Virus record (IMG/VR): IMGVR_UViG_3300017917_004266
Location: 1 to 64,000 of that record
Reading direction: 5' to 3' (one strand)
DNA length: 64,000 nt
Source of the DNA: a virus
Both the position numbers and the translations under genes were made by a program. The notes below the pieces were generated by a model, which worked only from the letters and a program-made list of their open reading frames with translations, searched no databases and was not told where the DNA came from. Below are positions 1 to 8,699 of the stretch, piece after piece (positions within the stretch are counted from its first letter, which is position 1; every line of letters starts with the position of its first letter).

Positions 1-1059
1 GATTATGGTAATAATTGGATTCTTAAAAATACTCTAACTTCTTTTAGAAGAATTGCGATAAATAGTAATGGTAAATATCAAACCGCAATCATTGATGGTG
101 GACAAATCTACACTTCTAAAACAGATGAATTAATAGATGGAAATCTTTATGCAGATAACTTAGTTTATAATACTGGTATTCAAAATATTTCTGGAGCAAA
201 AACATTTCTTGATTCTGGAATATTCTCTCTTTCTGGAGCATCACCTTTATCTTTACCTACAAATCCACTTGCAATAGTTGGTAGTGGAAATACTTATATA
301 CAAGTAAATATTCAAAATAGAGCAACTGGTACAACTGCTACAGCAGATTTAGTTATTACAGCAAATAATGGGACAGATACTTCTAATTATATTAATCTTG
401 GAATTAATAATTCTGGTTATTCTGATCCAGCATTTAGTAATGGTAGTGGATTAGATGGGTATTTAATTGTTAATGGTGGAAGTTTGGATATTGCGACTAC
501 TCCTACTAACTCAGCAATAGAATTTCACGTAGGCGGAACAACCGCAGATAAATTAATAGCAAGAATAGATAATTCTGGAATAAATATAACAAGTGGCACA
601 TATAGAGTTAATAATACAGGAGTTCTTTTAAGTGGACAAAATAGTTTTTTAATTACTTTATATAATACTAGTGATACTCAAGCGTCTGGACATAATTATT
701 TTGGAAATATAGCGGCAGCATTCAGCCAAACAGCAGGTGGAGTTAATAGAAGATTTCCTATATTAGAATCTTGTATAGTAAAAAAAGCTACTTGGACTCA
801 ATTTAATCAAACAGTTGGAAATCCAAGCCAAAATTCTACAGGATATTTTATTAATACTACAACAAATATAACTGGAATAATAAGTACAACCATTAATACT
901 CAAAATACAAATACTCCAACGCATTATATAGTAGATTTTTCTCCACCGATAACTATATCAACTGGTGATTATATCGTTTGTTCTTTATTTGGTCCAGGTT
1001 ATGCTACTACGTACCCAGCTACAGTTAGAAATACTGTAAATTTATATTGCTATAATTAA
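1..1059 (+). CDS. Tail/virion fibre protein, 5' partial
   Basis: Frame 1 is open from base 1 (DYGNNWILKN...), so the 484 start in the ORF track is internal. Contains an Asp-box-like DYGNNW, the fibre motif NTGIQNISGAKTF and VNNTGVLLSG, both shared with the 8700 fibre. Confidence 0.7.
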   Translation, partial: DYGNNWILKNTLTSFRRIAINSNGKYQTAIIDGGQIYTSKTDELIDGNLYADNLVYNTGIQNISGAKTFLDSGIFSLSGASPLSLPTNPLAIVGSGNTYIQVNIQNRATGTTATADLVITANNGTDTSNYINLGINNSGYSDPAFSNGSGLDGYLIVNGGSLDIATTPTNSAIEFHVGGTTADKLIARIDNSGINITSGTYRVNNTGVLLSGQNSFLITLYNTSDTQASGHNYFGNIAAAFSQTAGGVNRRFPILESCIVKKATWTQFNQTVGNPSQNSTGYFINTTTNITGIISTTINTQNTNTPTHYIVDFSPPITISTGDYIVCSLFGPGYATTYPATVRNTVNLYCYN

Positions 1060-1062
1060 TAT

Positions 1063-1091
1063 TAGATTTTAAATATTTTTTCTTTTATAAT
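1063..1091 (+). promoter_or_regulatory. sigma70-like promoter (TAGATT-17-TATAAT)
   Basis: Near-consensus -35/-10 with 17-nt spacer upstream of the holin-like gene. Confidence 0.45.
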
Positions 1092-1093
1092 AT

Positions 1094-1102
1094 AGTGTAA
1101 TA
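1094..1102 (+). promoter_or_regulatory. Putative late promoter motif AGTGTAATA
   Basis: One of ~11 GTGTAA copies located just upstream of + strand gene starts. Confidence 0.6.
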
Positions 1103-1106
1103 TAGT

Positions 1107-1391
1107 ATGAAAATTATGCTATCTAAAATATTTGGCCCTAATTGGAGATCTAGTTCATCTGGAATAACTACAGTAATAGCAGTTGCGACAGGTATAGCAA
1201 TTCATTCAGATCCATCTCTTGTAGCATTTCTTCCAGATGGTTTAGAAGTTTATATTTTAGGAATTTCAAAATTAATTGCAGTTGTAAGTGGAATTATTTT
1301 TGCACTAACAGTAAAAGATGCATCGGTTACTGGAGGATCAGTTCCTCAAACAACCGAAGCAAAAGACAGAACAAATGGAGAAAATATATGA
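1107..1391 (+). CDS. Putative holin (2 TM segments)
   Basis: 94 aa, two hydrophobic segments, charged C-terminus, heads the lysis cluster. Confidence 0.55.
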   Translation: MKIMLSKIFGPNWRSSSSGITTVIAVATGIAIHSDPSLVAFLPDGLEVYILGISKLIAVVSGIIFALTVKDASVTGGSVPQTTEAKDRTNGENI

Positions 1392-1837
1392 ATAAATTAC
1401 AATTAGCCGCAGTTGCTCTTTTGAGCGTATTTCTTGGTGCTTGTGCAACAACTCCAACTGGTCAAGTTGATCCAGCAACAAGCGTTTCAAATGCATTACC
1501 TTATGTTAAACCAGCAGTTGTATTAGCTTGTACAGTTGTTCTTGATCAGGCCCTTTCTCCAGCAGATCGCGTAGAAAAAGCGAAAATGATTAATCATGTT
1601 GCAGCAATTGTAGAAGGATTAACGGTTGGTAATGCTCCAACTCCAGATCAACTTCAAAAAGCATTAACTGATTATCTTCCAGAAGAAAAAACTCATTGGG
1701 TAAATTATGTTAGTGTTATCAAAGATATTTACGCTCAACAATTCGCTCGTATTGACGGAAATACCGCTCTTGCAATTAAGGTACTTAACGCTATTGCATC
1801 TGGATGTAAAGATGCTACAGCAAGTTACGTAGAGTAA
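1388..1837 (+). CDS. Lipoprotein
   Basis: Signal peptide II with lipobox LGA-C; GGAGA SD. Confidence 0.65.
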   Translation: MNKLQLAAVALLSVFLGACATTPTGQVDPATSVSNALPYVKPAVVLACTVVLDQALSPADRVEKAKMINHVAAIVEGLTVGNAPTPDQLQKALTDYLPEEKTHWVNYVSVIKDIYAQQFARIDGNTALAIKVLNAIASGCKDATASYVE

Positions 1838-1839
1838 TC

Positions 1840-2040
1840 ATGCCAACTGGAATACTCCAAGCTTTACTTTCAGCAGTATCTGGAATATTCGCAGCAATCA
1901 ATAACGTATTTGGCGCTAAGAATACAAAAGAAATGAAAGAGCGTCAAGAAGCTCAAAAAGAAGTAGAGTATCAAAGCGACATAGAAAAAGAAATCAAGGA
2001 GAAAGATCTTGAAAAGATTCGTAAACGTATTGGCTCTTAA
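1840..2040 (+). CDS. Putative i-spanin-like membrane protein
   Basis: N-terminal hydrophobic helix plus charged coiled coil; overlaps the next lipoprotein gene, as in Rz/Rz1 pairs. Confidence 0.4.
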   Translation: MPTGILQALLSAVSGIFAAINNVFGAKNTKEMKERQEAQKEVEYQSDIEKEIKEKDLEKIRKRIGS

Positions 2041-2425
2041 TTTTTTTCTCGTTAGTTGCGCAACAATAACTCCAAATAAAATAGAAGATAGTACGGCTTC
2101 TTATGATGCATCTACTCCTTCTCAATATAATCAAGATAATGGCGGACTTATAGCTCTTCTTGATAATGGAGCAGTAATTACATCTCAAGCAAAAAACCGC
2201 TATAATAAATTAATTGAAATGTATAAAGTAAAATTTAAAAAAGAAAAAGCTATTGAACTTATCGAGAATGCTGGAATACAACCATATAAAGATCGCTATG
2301 GAAATAATCTTTTTTTAATTGATAATGAACATCTTGTTTATTTTGGAGTTTTAAATAGTTGGTTAAAAGAAAAAGTTTCTGCAGATAATATAATTGATAA
2401 AACAATAGATAAAATAAATAACTAA
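2009..2425 (+). CDS. Lipoprotein, putative o-spanin
   Basis: Lipobox LVS-C after a basic/hydrophobic leader; overlaps 1840..2040. Confidence 0.5.
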   Translation: MKRFVNVLALNFFLVSCATITPNKIEDSTASYDASTPSQYNQDNGGLIALLDNGAVITSQAKNRYNKLIEMYKVKFKKEKAIELIENAGIQPYKDRYGNNLFLIDNEHLVYFGVLNSWLKEKVSADNIIDKTIDKINN

Positions 2426-2430
2426 ATAAA

Positions 2431-3192
2431 ATGGGAAGTTTAACTTTAAATAGAAAAAGAATATTTTCATTTCCAATAGGATCATCTTATGGTAGCGCTG
2501 TTTATTTGAAATTTTTAGATGCACCATCAAGAATTATTTCAGATGTTCTTGATCCAGAAATACTTGTAAATCAAAATTTAAGTGGAACATTAAATATTTA
2601 TGAGGGAGGAATAAATGGTCCATTAGTGACTATTCAGTATGATATTTTTGATTTTTATAATTCATCAGGAAGTACTGTAATTACTAATACATATTCTATA
2701 CCTCAAAATTCAATAATAGTTTTTTTAAATGACTCTGCATTTCCTGGTACAGTTTTATTAAAAAATGCAGCTGGACAATACGCTGGTTATTTTGAAAATT
2801 ATTATCAAGGTAAAACTTCTATTAATAAACAAAATTTAAGTACATTATATCCCAGCAATACATTTGCTGGAGGCACTAAATTTTATCCAAATAATAAATA
2901 CATATATAAATCTATAACTTCTAATACCTTAGCTAATGTATTTAATTTTAATGAATTAACTATATTTACAGATATATTAGAAATAATAAATGGAAATACT
3001 TCATATTCATTTTATGCAGGATACACAAATTGGTTAGCTAATGATTATACTACAAACGCAAATAATTTTGTGATTCCATACAATTCAATTATTTCATTTA
3101 ATACAAATACATATAAATCTTTATCTGTAAATGGTGGAGCAATTATACAAAAATATAATAGTGGAAAAATAAATTTAAATAAAAATGCTTAA
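2431..3192 (+). CDS. Hypothetical, probable virion accessory protein
   Basis: Two internal copies of an N-x-(Y/F)-x-IP-x-NS-II motif, also present in ORF 41687. Confidence 0.4.
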   Translation: MGSLTLNRKRIFSFPIGSSYGSAVYLKFLDAPSRIISDVLDPEILVNQNLSGTLNIYEGGINGPLVTIQYDIFDFYNSSGSTVITNTYSIPQNSIIVFLNDSAFPGTVLLKNAAGQYAGYFENYYQGKTSINKQNLSTLYPSNTFAGGTKFYPNNKYIYKSITSNTLANVFNFNELTIFTDILEIINGNTSYSFYAGYTNWLANDYTTNANNFVIPYNSIISFNTNTYKSLSVNGGAIIQKYNSGKINLNKNA

Positions 3193-3811
3193 TAATAAAT
3201 CACTTAATCTTATATTAGAATTTGAAGTTGGTGGAGGAGAAAATTATTATAATAAATTTTTAAAAAATCCAACTTGGCCAGGAGAGCAAAGTGGAGTTAC
3301 TATTGGTGTTGGTTATGATCTTGGATATGTTAATAAAACAGAATTTACAAATGACTGGAAAGAATTAAATCAAAAAGATTTTGATAGATTATATAAAGTA
3401 GTTGGAATAAAAGGAATCGCAGCAAAAGATCTTATTAGAGGATTAAAAGATATAACTATTCCTTGGGATCTTGCATTAAAAGTATTTAATAATAAAACAG
3501 TAACTAAATTTTATAATTTAACGCGCGAAACTTTTCCTAATTTTGATAATCTTCCAGAAGACGCAAAAGGCGGATTAGTTAGTCTTATCTTTAATAGAGG
3601 TAATAGTTTAGAAGGTGATCGCCGCCGTGAAATGAAATTAATACGAGATGGTATGAAATTAGTATCTATTTTTGATCAAAAAGCACTTACTTTTATAGCT
3701 AATCAAATAAGAAGTATGAAAAGAATATGGATTGGTGGAAGTATAGAAAAAGGTATGAGTAGGCGTAGAGATGCAGAAGCGAAATTAATTGAAGAATCAT
3801 TAAATGTGTAA
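3185..3811 (+). CDS. Endolysin (lysozyme/pesticin-C-like muramidase)
   Basis: Motifs FEVGG, SGVTIGVGYDLG, LVSLIFNRG and RRRDAEAKL, typical of phage GH24/pesticin-like muramidases. Confidence 0.8.
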   Translation: MLNNKSLNLILEFEVGGGENYYNKFLKNPTWPGEQSGVTIGVGYDLGYVNKTEFTNDWKELNQKDFDRLYKVVGIKGIAAKDLIRGLKDITIPWDLALKVFNNKTVTKFYNLTRETFPNFDNLPEDAKGGLVSLIFNRGNSLEGDRRREMKLIRDGMKLVSIFDQKALTFIANQIRSMKRIWIGGSIEKGMSRRRDAEAKLIEESLNV

Positions 3812-3813
3812 TA
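3806..3813 (+). promoter_or_regulatory. Putative late promoter motif GTGTAATA
   Basis: 6 nt upstream of the ATG at 3820. Confidence 0.55.
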
Positions 3814-3819
3814 ATTATT

Positions 3820-3969
3820 ATGAAAAAATTAATATTAATATTACCTTTATTTTTATTAATTAGTTGTTCTGAACAAAAATATGATAGTCGTGAATTTCCT
3901 ACAAAATATTCAGATTCGGCTACAATGGGTTCAGCTGATGATGTTACTAAAGAATTATACAAAAAATAA
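3820..3969 (+). CDS. Small lipoprotein (49 aa), not in ORF track
   Basis: MKKLILILPLFLLISCSEQKYDSREFPTKYSDSATMGSADDVTKELYKK*; clear lipobox LIS-C; preceded by the GTGTAATA motif. Confidence 0.75.
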   Translation: MKKLILILPLFLLISCSEQKYDSREFPTKYSDSATMGSADDVTKELYKK

Positions 3970-3998
3970 TTAAAATTAATTAAAATTAATTGAATTAT

Positions 3999-4006
3999 GT
4001 GTAATA
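3999..4006 (+). promoter_or_regulatory. Putative late promoter motif GTGTAATA
   Basis: Intergenic, upstream of 4031. Confidence 0.55.
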
Positions 4007-4030
4007 TTAAATAATAATATTATTTAATAT

Positions 4031-4615
4031 ATGACTTACGATCCAGAAAAATATGGCTTTGAATTAAATGCCAAAAGAAAAGGTCCTAAATCAGCAGCTC
4101 AAACTCCATCAAAATTATCAGAAAAACGTAAAGGTTCATCTAAAAATAAACCTGGAAGTGCAGGAAAAGATGGAGGAGCAATAGAATTTTCTAAAAAAGT
4201 TATAGAGGCCCTTAAAAATAAAGTTAAAGAACATAATTCAAAATATAGTAAAAAAGTAACACTAGGTCAATTAAAGAAAGTATATCGTCGTGGTGCTGGA
4301 GCATTTTCTTCTTCTCATCGTCCTGGTAAAACTCGTGGTCAATGGGCTATAGCCAGAGTAAATATGTTTCTTAGAATGATTGCAGGTAAACCAGTTAAAG
4401 ATGCTTATCGTAAAGCTGATAGTGATATTGCAAAAGCAAAAACAGAAATTATTATAGAAGCATCAATTGATCCTTCAGACGAAGATTTTAACCAAGCAGA
4501 TTTAGATATTGAAAAATATGATTTAAAAAATTTTGATTTTAGTTCATCAGAAGAACTATATCTCGATGATGAAGAAGATGGTGTAATATTTGGTTACGGA
4601 AGATTTGAAATATGA
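4031..4615 (+). CDS. DUF5824-like head-associated protein
   Basis: LKKVYRRGAGAFSSSHRPGKTRGQWAIARVNMFL resembles the DUF5824 signature; basic N-terminus, acidic C-terminus. Confidence 0.55.
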   Translation: MTYDPEKYGFELNAKRKGPKSAAQTPSKLSEKRKGSSKNKPGSAGKDGGAIEFSKKVIEALKNKVKEHNSKYSKKVTLGQLKKVYRRGAGAFSSSHRPGKTRGQWAIARVNMFLRMIAGKPVKDAYRKADSDIAKAKTEIIIEASIDPSDEDFNQADLDIEKYDLKNFDFSSSEELYLDDEEDGVIFGYGRFEI

Positions 4616-6177
4616 AAAATAAACATAAATACTCAACAATATTTTCTAATTTAAAAATTAGACCAGTAGTTAGTGAAGAAAAAGATAAATATTTATCTGT
4701 TGCTTCTTTAAATAAATTAAAAAAATTTTTACCAGATATTAATACAGAAGATAATGTTGATTTATTACCAGTAGCTTTTGATGCTTGCGTTGTTAATCGT
4801 GTTAATAAAAATGGAGATGTAATTGATGGTGAAACAGCGGCTAGAGTAGCTAAATTATTTGTTAATAAACCTATCAATATTGAACATAATCGTAATAATG
4901 TTATAGGATGTATTGTTTCTTATAATTTTAGTGAATTCGGCACAAATGAAAGTCTTGCAGAAACAGATATTAAAAGTATGAAAAAACCATTTAATATTAC
5001 CCTTGGTGGTGTTATTTGGAAAGTAGTAAATCGCGATTTAGCAGAACAAATTGAAGAAAGTAATGATCCAACAAGTGAAAATTATATGGCAATATCTGCT
5101 TCTTGGGAACTTGGTTTTAATGAATATAATGTTATAGTATTAGATGAAAATGAAAAAAATATAGAAAATGGACAAATTATTAGTGATGCAAATGAAATTG
5201 AAAAATTAGAACCAAATCTTAGAGGATTTGGCGGTAGTGGTAAAATAGCTAATAATAAATATATTTATCGTCAAGTTTTAGGTAAAGTTGCTTCTTTAGG
5301 AGTAGGATTTACGTTAAATCCAGCTGCCGATGTAAAAGGCATAGCTACTCCTGATCAAGAACCAGCTAAAATTGAACTAAAAACAAATAAAAGTTCAGAA
5401 GAAGAACCTAAAATAGAGGAAGTAGAAGCTGGTATCACAGAACAAATATCAGAAAATAATATTTCCCAAGAAGATAATTTAAATGTAAAAAAAGAGAGGA
5501 TATATATGAAAATAACCAAAATTGAAGACATTACTGATAGTCTGCTAAAAGAAGCAACCGCTAGTTCGGTAGTTGATTTTATTGCAGAAGAAATTAAAAA
5601 AGTAAGCGATAAATTTGTAGCTGAAAAAGCAGAAAAAGAAACTGCTGTTAAAGCCGCTACAGAAAAAGCTGAAGCTGCTATAGCTGAACAAGAAACTCTT
5701 AAAAAACAATTAGCTGAAGTAAATGAAAAATTATCAGCTATTCAAGCCGAACAAGAAGCTAAAGCAAAAGAAGATACTTTCAATATGCGTATGGCTGCAC
5801 TCGATAGTGAATATGACCTTGAAGATGAAGATCGTAAAATTATTGCTAAACAATTAAAAGATCTTAGCGAGGAAGCCTTCGTAGAATATAAAAATTCCCT
5901 TGCTGTTCTTATGAAAGAGAAAAGCAAAGCCTTTAAAAAGGCTAAAGAGGAAAAGATGCAAAAAGAAGAAGCTGGAAAATCAGTTAAAGCTGAAGTTTTA
6001 GCTTCCGAAGCCGCTGCATCAGAAGAAAAAACAACTGATGAAGTTGTTAACCAAGCCGTTGACAACGGAACAAAGGCTTCTACAGAAATTCCAAATTCTG
6101 CCCCAGCTGCAGAGCCAACCGTACAAGAAAAGTACGCTAAAGCTTTCAGTTTAGAAGGATTTGAATTTACAAAATAA
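4612..6177 (+). CDS. Prohead protease fused to scaffold
   Basis: N-terminal motifs NKNGD, KPINIEH, SASWE and LNPAA of phage maturation proteases; acidic coiled-coil C-terminal half; directly upstream of capsid genes. Confidence 0.75.
   Translation: MKNKHKYSTIFSNLKIRPVVSEEKDKYLSVASLNKLKKFLPDINTEDNVDLLPVAFDACVVNRVNKNGDVIDGETAARVAKLFVNKPINIEHNRNNVIGCIVSYNFSEFGTNESLAETDIKSMKKPFNITLGGVIWKVVNRDLAEQIEESNDPTSENYMAISASWELGFNEYNVIVLDENEKNIENGQIISDANEIEKLEPNLRGFGGSGKIANNKYIYRQVLGKVASLGVGFTLNPAADVKGIATPDQEPAKIELKTNKSSEEEPKIEEVEAGITEQISENNISQEDNLNVKKERIYMKITKIEDITDSLLKEATASSVVDFIAEEIKKVSDKFVAEKAEKETAVKAATEKAEAAIAEQETLKKQLAEVNEKLSAIQAEQEAKAKEDTFNMRMAALDSEYDLEDEDRKIIAKQLKDLSEEAFVEYKNSLAVLMKEKSKAFKKAKEEKMQKEEAGKSVKAEVLASEAAASEEKTTDEVVNQAVDNGTKASTEIPNSAPAAEPTVQEKYAKAFSLEGFEFTK
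5506..6177 (+). CDS. Nested in-frame scaffold protein (internal start)
   Basis: GAGAGGA-tatat-ATG at 5506, in frame with 4612 (Met299), at the start of the coiled-coil region. Confidence 0.55.
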   Translation: MKITKIEDITDSLLKEATASSVVDFIAEEIKKVSDKFVAEKAEKETAVKAATEKAEAAIAEQETLKKQLAEVNEKLSAIQAEQEAKAKEDTFNMRMAALDSEYDLEDEDRKIIAKQLKDLSEEAFVEYKNSLAVLMKEKSKAFKKAKEEKMQKEEAGKSVKAEVLASEAAASEEKTTDEVVNQAVDNGTKASTEIPNSAPAAEPTVQEKYAKAFSLEGFEFTK

Positions 6178-6192
6178 TTAAGGAGAAAATAT

Positions 6193-6738
6193 ATGGCACA
6201 CAATCTAAGACCATTACAACAATATAACGAGCATGATGTTATCAATTTCTTTGCTTATAGCGGAGATAGTACTCTTGTTCGTAAAGGCGCTGCGGTTAAA
6301 ATCCAAGGTGCTGGCTTCAAAGCCGATTCTACAAATCCAGTAGAAATGCTAGGTGCTCCAGGCGCCTCTTATACCAATACAGTATCACAACGTTATGGCA
6401 CAGTACCAAAAGTAGCTGCCGCCGTATCTGGAGATAAAGTACTTGGTCTAACTCTACTAGATATTCGTGAGACTGATGAAAATGGTGAAAAACTAATTTA
6501 CAATCCACGTAAAGCTGCTGAAATGAATGTCGTTATCAGCGGTCAAACCGTACCAGTTCTAACTCGTGGCGTAGTTCTTTATAGTGGACTAGCTGCTGGT
6601 TCAGCTGGAGACAACGTTTATCTACATGCTACCACAGCTGGTGATTTGTCAACAACAAACACTGGTGGTACAAAAGTAGGAAAACTTCTTGGTGATCGCG
6701 ACGCTAATGGCGTTGCTCTCCTCAAGATCGAACTATAA
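6193..6738 (+). CDS. Head decoration / capsid cement protein
   Basis: Between scaffold and MCP; Gly-rich beta protein; strong SD AAGGAGA; codon usage like the MCP. Confidence 0.6.
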   Translation: MAHNLRPLQQYNEHDVINFFAYSGDSTLVRKGAAVKIQGAGFKADSTNPVEMLGAPGASYTNTVSQRYGTVPKVAAAVSGDKVLGLTLLDIRETDENGEKLIYNPRKAAEMNVVISGQTVPVLTRGVVLYSGLAAGSAGDNVYLHATTAGDLSTTNTGGTKVGKLLGDRDANGVALLKIEL

Positions 6739-6761
6739 TTTCAGTAAAGGAGAAATTTAAC

Positions 6762-7844
6762 ATGAAATTAAAACTCAAAAATACACCAGAACAAGTTGAG
6801 CTAATCAAAGCTATGGGCAGCAGAGATGCTAACGTAGCTAGAGAAGCCACACAAGCATTTGCAGCATTTATCGGCCCAGTCGTTAGCAAAGTTCTAATGC
6901 AAGCTGGTACTGCTAGTGCAGTTTATAGTGATCTTCCTTATGATGAAGATGATAATCCTTCAATTCCTCTCGACCTATGGGTTGGTGAAGGTGAAGGCTA
7001 TACCACAGTATGGAGTCAAAACGTAGCAGGTGGTCTTCCAACTTCTAACGTTGAAGGCTTCTCTGAAATGAAAGTTGCAACCTATCGTTTAGATAGCGCA
7101 GTTTCTATGCTAAAAAGATATGTCCGTCGTGGCCGTCTTGATGTAGTTAGCAAAGCAGTAGAACGTATGACAAATGAAGTTCTTGTAAAACAAGAACGTA
7201 ACGCTTGGGCAGTCGTTCTAAAAGCTTTAGCTGAAGCTACAAGCAATGGCGCTGACCATATCGAAAGAATTACTGGTGGAGCATTAACTCTAGGTGGTTT
7301 GAATTCTTTAATTACTTTAGTAAAAAGAATCAATACATCTTATGCCGCTGGTACAACTGATAGTTCTTATGGTCTAACCGATCTATTCGTAAGTCCAGAG
7401 ATTAAAGGTGATATCCGTGCATTTGCTTACAATCAAGTAACAAATACAAGCACAGATCTTCCAGCTGGTGTTCGTGAAGAAATTTATCGCAACGCTGGCG
7501 CTCAAGAGATCTATGGTATCTCTATCCATGAACTAGTTGAACTAGGTGTTGGCAAAAAATACAATACTCTATTCAATAGTTTCTTTGGTGGTACAAATGG
7601 TGGTACACCAGACTTTGATGAAGGTACAAGTGGCGATGAAATCCTAGTTGGTTTAGATCTAACTAAAGATGCATTTGTCCGTCCAGTAGCTCGTAATAGT
7701 GAAACTGGTGGCACATTCACCGCTCTTCCAGATGATCAATTCGTAACTCGCCAAGATAAAGTTGGCTTTTACGGTTCTCTAGAAGAGGGTCGTGTATGTC
7801 TCGATGGTCGTGCAGTAGCAGGACTAATCGTAGCCGCTTCCTAA
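6762..7844 (+). CDS. Major capsid protein (HK97-type)
   Basis: 360 aa, canonical position, SD AAGGAGA, C-terminal GFYGSLEEGRVCLDGRAV, followed by a strong terminator. Confidence 0.8.
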   Translation: MKLKLKNTPEQVELIKAMGSRDANVAREATQAFAAFIGPVVSKVLMQAGTASAVYSDLPYDEDDNPSIPLDLWVGEGEGYTTVWSQNVAGGLPTSNVEGFSEMKVATYRLDSAVSMLKRYVRRGRLDVVSKAVERMTNEVLVKQERNAWAVVLKALAEATSNGADHIERITGGALTLGGLNSLITLVKRINTSYAAGTTDSSYGLTDLFVSPEIKGDIRAFAYNQVTNTSTDLPAGVREEIYRNAGAQEIYGISIHELVELGVGKKYNTLFNSFFGGTNGGTPDFDEGTSGDEILVGLDLTKDAFVRPVARNSETGGTFTALPDDQFVTRQDKVGFYGSLEEGRVCLDGRAVAGLIVAAS

Positions 7845-7864
7845 TATTTAAATATTAGAAAATT

Positions 7865-7905
7865 GAAAAGCCCAAGGGTTAATCCCCTTGGGTTTTTCTT
7901 TTTTT
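7865..7905 (+). terminator. Intrinsic terminator after MCP
   Basis: AAAAGCCCAAGGG-ttaatc-CCCTTGGGTTTTT stem followed by a long T tract; perfect 18-bp palindrome CTAATATTTAAATATTAG at 7841-7858 just upstream. Confidence 0.9.
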
Positions 7906-7907
7906 AT

Positions 7908-7936
7908 TAGACATCTCATATTTAATAATATATAAT
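7908..7936 (+). promoter_or_regulatory. sigma70-like promoter (TAGACA-17-TATAAT)
   Basis: Near-consensus, immediately after the terminator, upstream of ORF 7954. Confidence 0.6.
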
Positions 7937-7953
7937 AATATAAGGAGAATATT

Positions 7954-8310
7954 ATGCCACGTAAATCAAATAAAGAAGCAAAAGGTAATAAATTAGATAA
8001 TTTAAGTCAAACTCATGGTAAAGTAGAAAATCCAGTTACATTAGAACAAGTATGGGGCGATGATGGATTGACAAAATATGGCACACTTGATACTGAAAAA
8101 TATCTTGAATATGTAAATAGTTTAAATAAAAGTGATTTGCAAAAACACGCTGTTAAAATTGGCCTTGTTCCAATTGATGATAGAACAAATTTAATTGCTA
8201 GATTAAAAAAAGAATTTATTAAACATACAGCTAAATATTCAACAAAAACTCTTGCTCCAAAAAAAGATATTTCTAAAAAAGCAAAAGATATTTTAGCAGA
8301 AGGTCGCTAA
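7954..8310 (+). CDS. Hypothetical basic protein
   Basis: SD AAGGAGA; 118 aa, Lys-rich. Confidence 0.6.
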   Translation: MPRKSNKEAKGNKLDNLSQTHGKVENPVTLEQVWGDDGLTKYGTLDTEKYLEYVNSLNKSDLQKHAVKIGLVPIDDRTNLIARLKKEFIKHTAKYSTKTLAPKKDISKKAKDILAEGR

Positions 8311-8336
8311 TTTTATTTCGATAAAATAACTGTTCC

Positions 8337-8344
8337 GTGTAATA
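8337..8344 (+). promoter_or_regulatory. Putative late promoter motif GTGTAATA
   Basis: 6 nt before ATG 8351. Confidence 0.55.
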
Positions 8345-8350
8345 TTTTAC

Positions 8351-8695
8351 ATGGCAACATCATATAATATAACTGGATATCAAGGCGATAATTTTCAATT
8401 AACATTAAATGTAAAAGATAGTAATGGCTCTCCAATTAATTTGAATGGCTATCAAGTTAGAGGTCAAGTTAGGGCTAGTTATGGATCTGATGAAATTTTA
8501 TTAGATTTAAATCCAACTATAGTTAGTAATACTTCTGGCACAATTGCAATAAATATTAATTCTTATATTTCAGAAGATATCCCAGTTTCAGAGCATGTTT
8601 ATGATATTGAAAGATATCCATCTGGAATAGAAACTGGAAATAGTATTAAATTGATGCGAGGAAAATTTGTAATTTTACCAGAAGTAACGAGATAA
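8351..8695 (+). CDS. Fibre-attachment / BppU-N-like virion protein
   Basis: QGDNFQLTLNVKD..PINLNGY..RGQVR and YDIE...RGKFVILPEVTR, a common small phage beta-sandwich found before fibre genes. Confidence 0.55.
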   Translation: MATSYNITGYQGDNFQLTLNVKDSNGSPINLNGYQVRGQVRASYGSDEILLDLNPTIVSNTSGTIAININSYISEDIPVSEHVYDIERYPSGIETGNSIKLMRGKFVILPEVTR

Positions 8696-8699
8696 ATTT

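Noticed and set aside
3967-3996. TAATTAAAAT tandem repeat
   Set aside because: Only ~2.5 copies of pure AT sequence in an AT-rich spacer; no support for a function.
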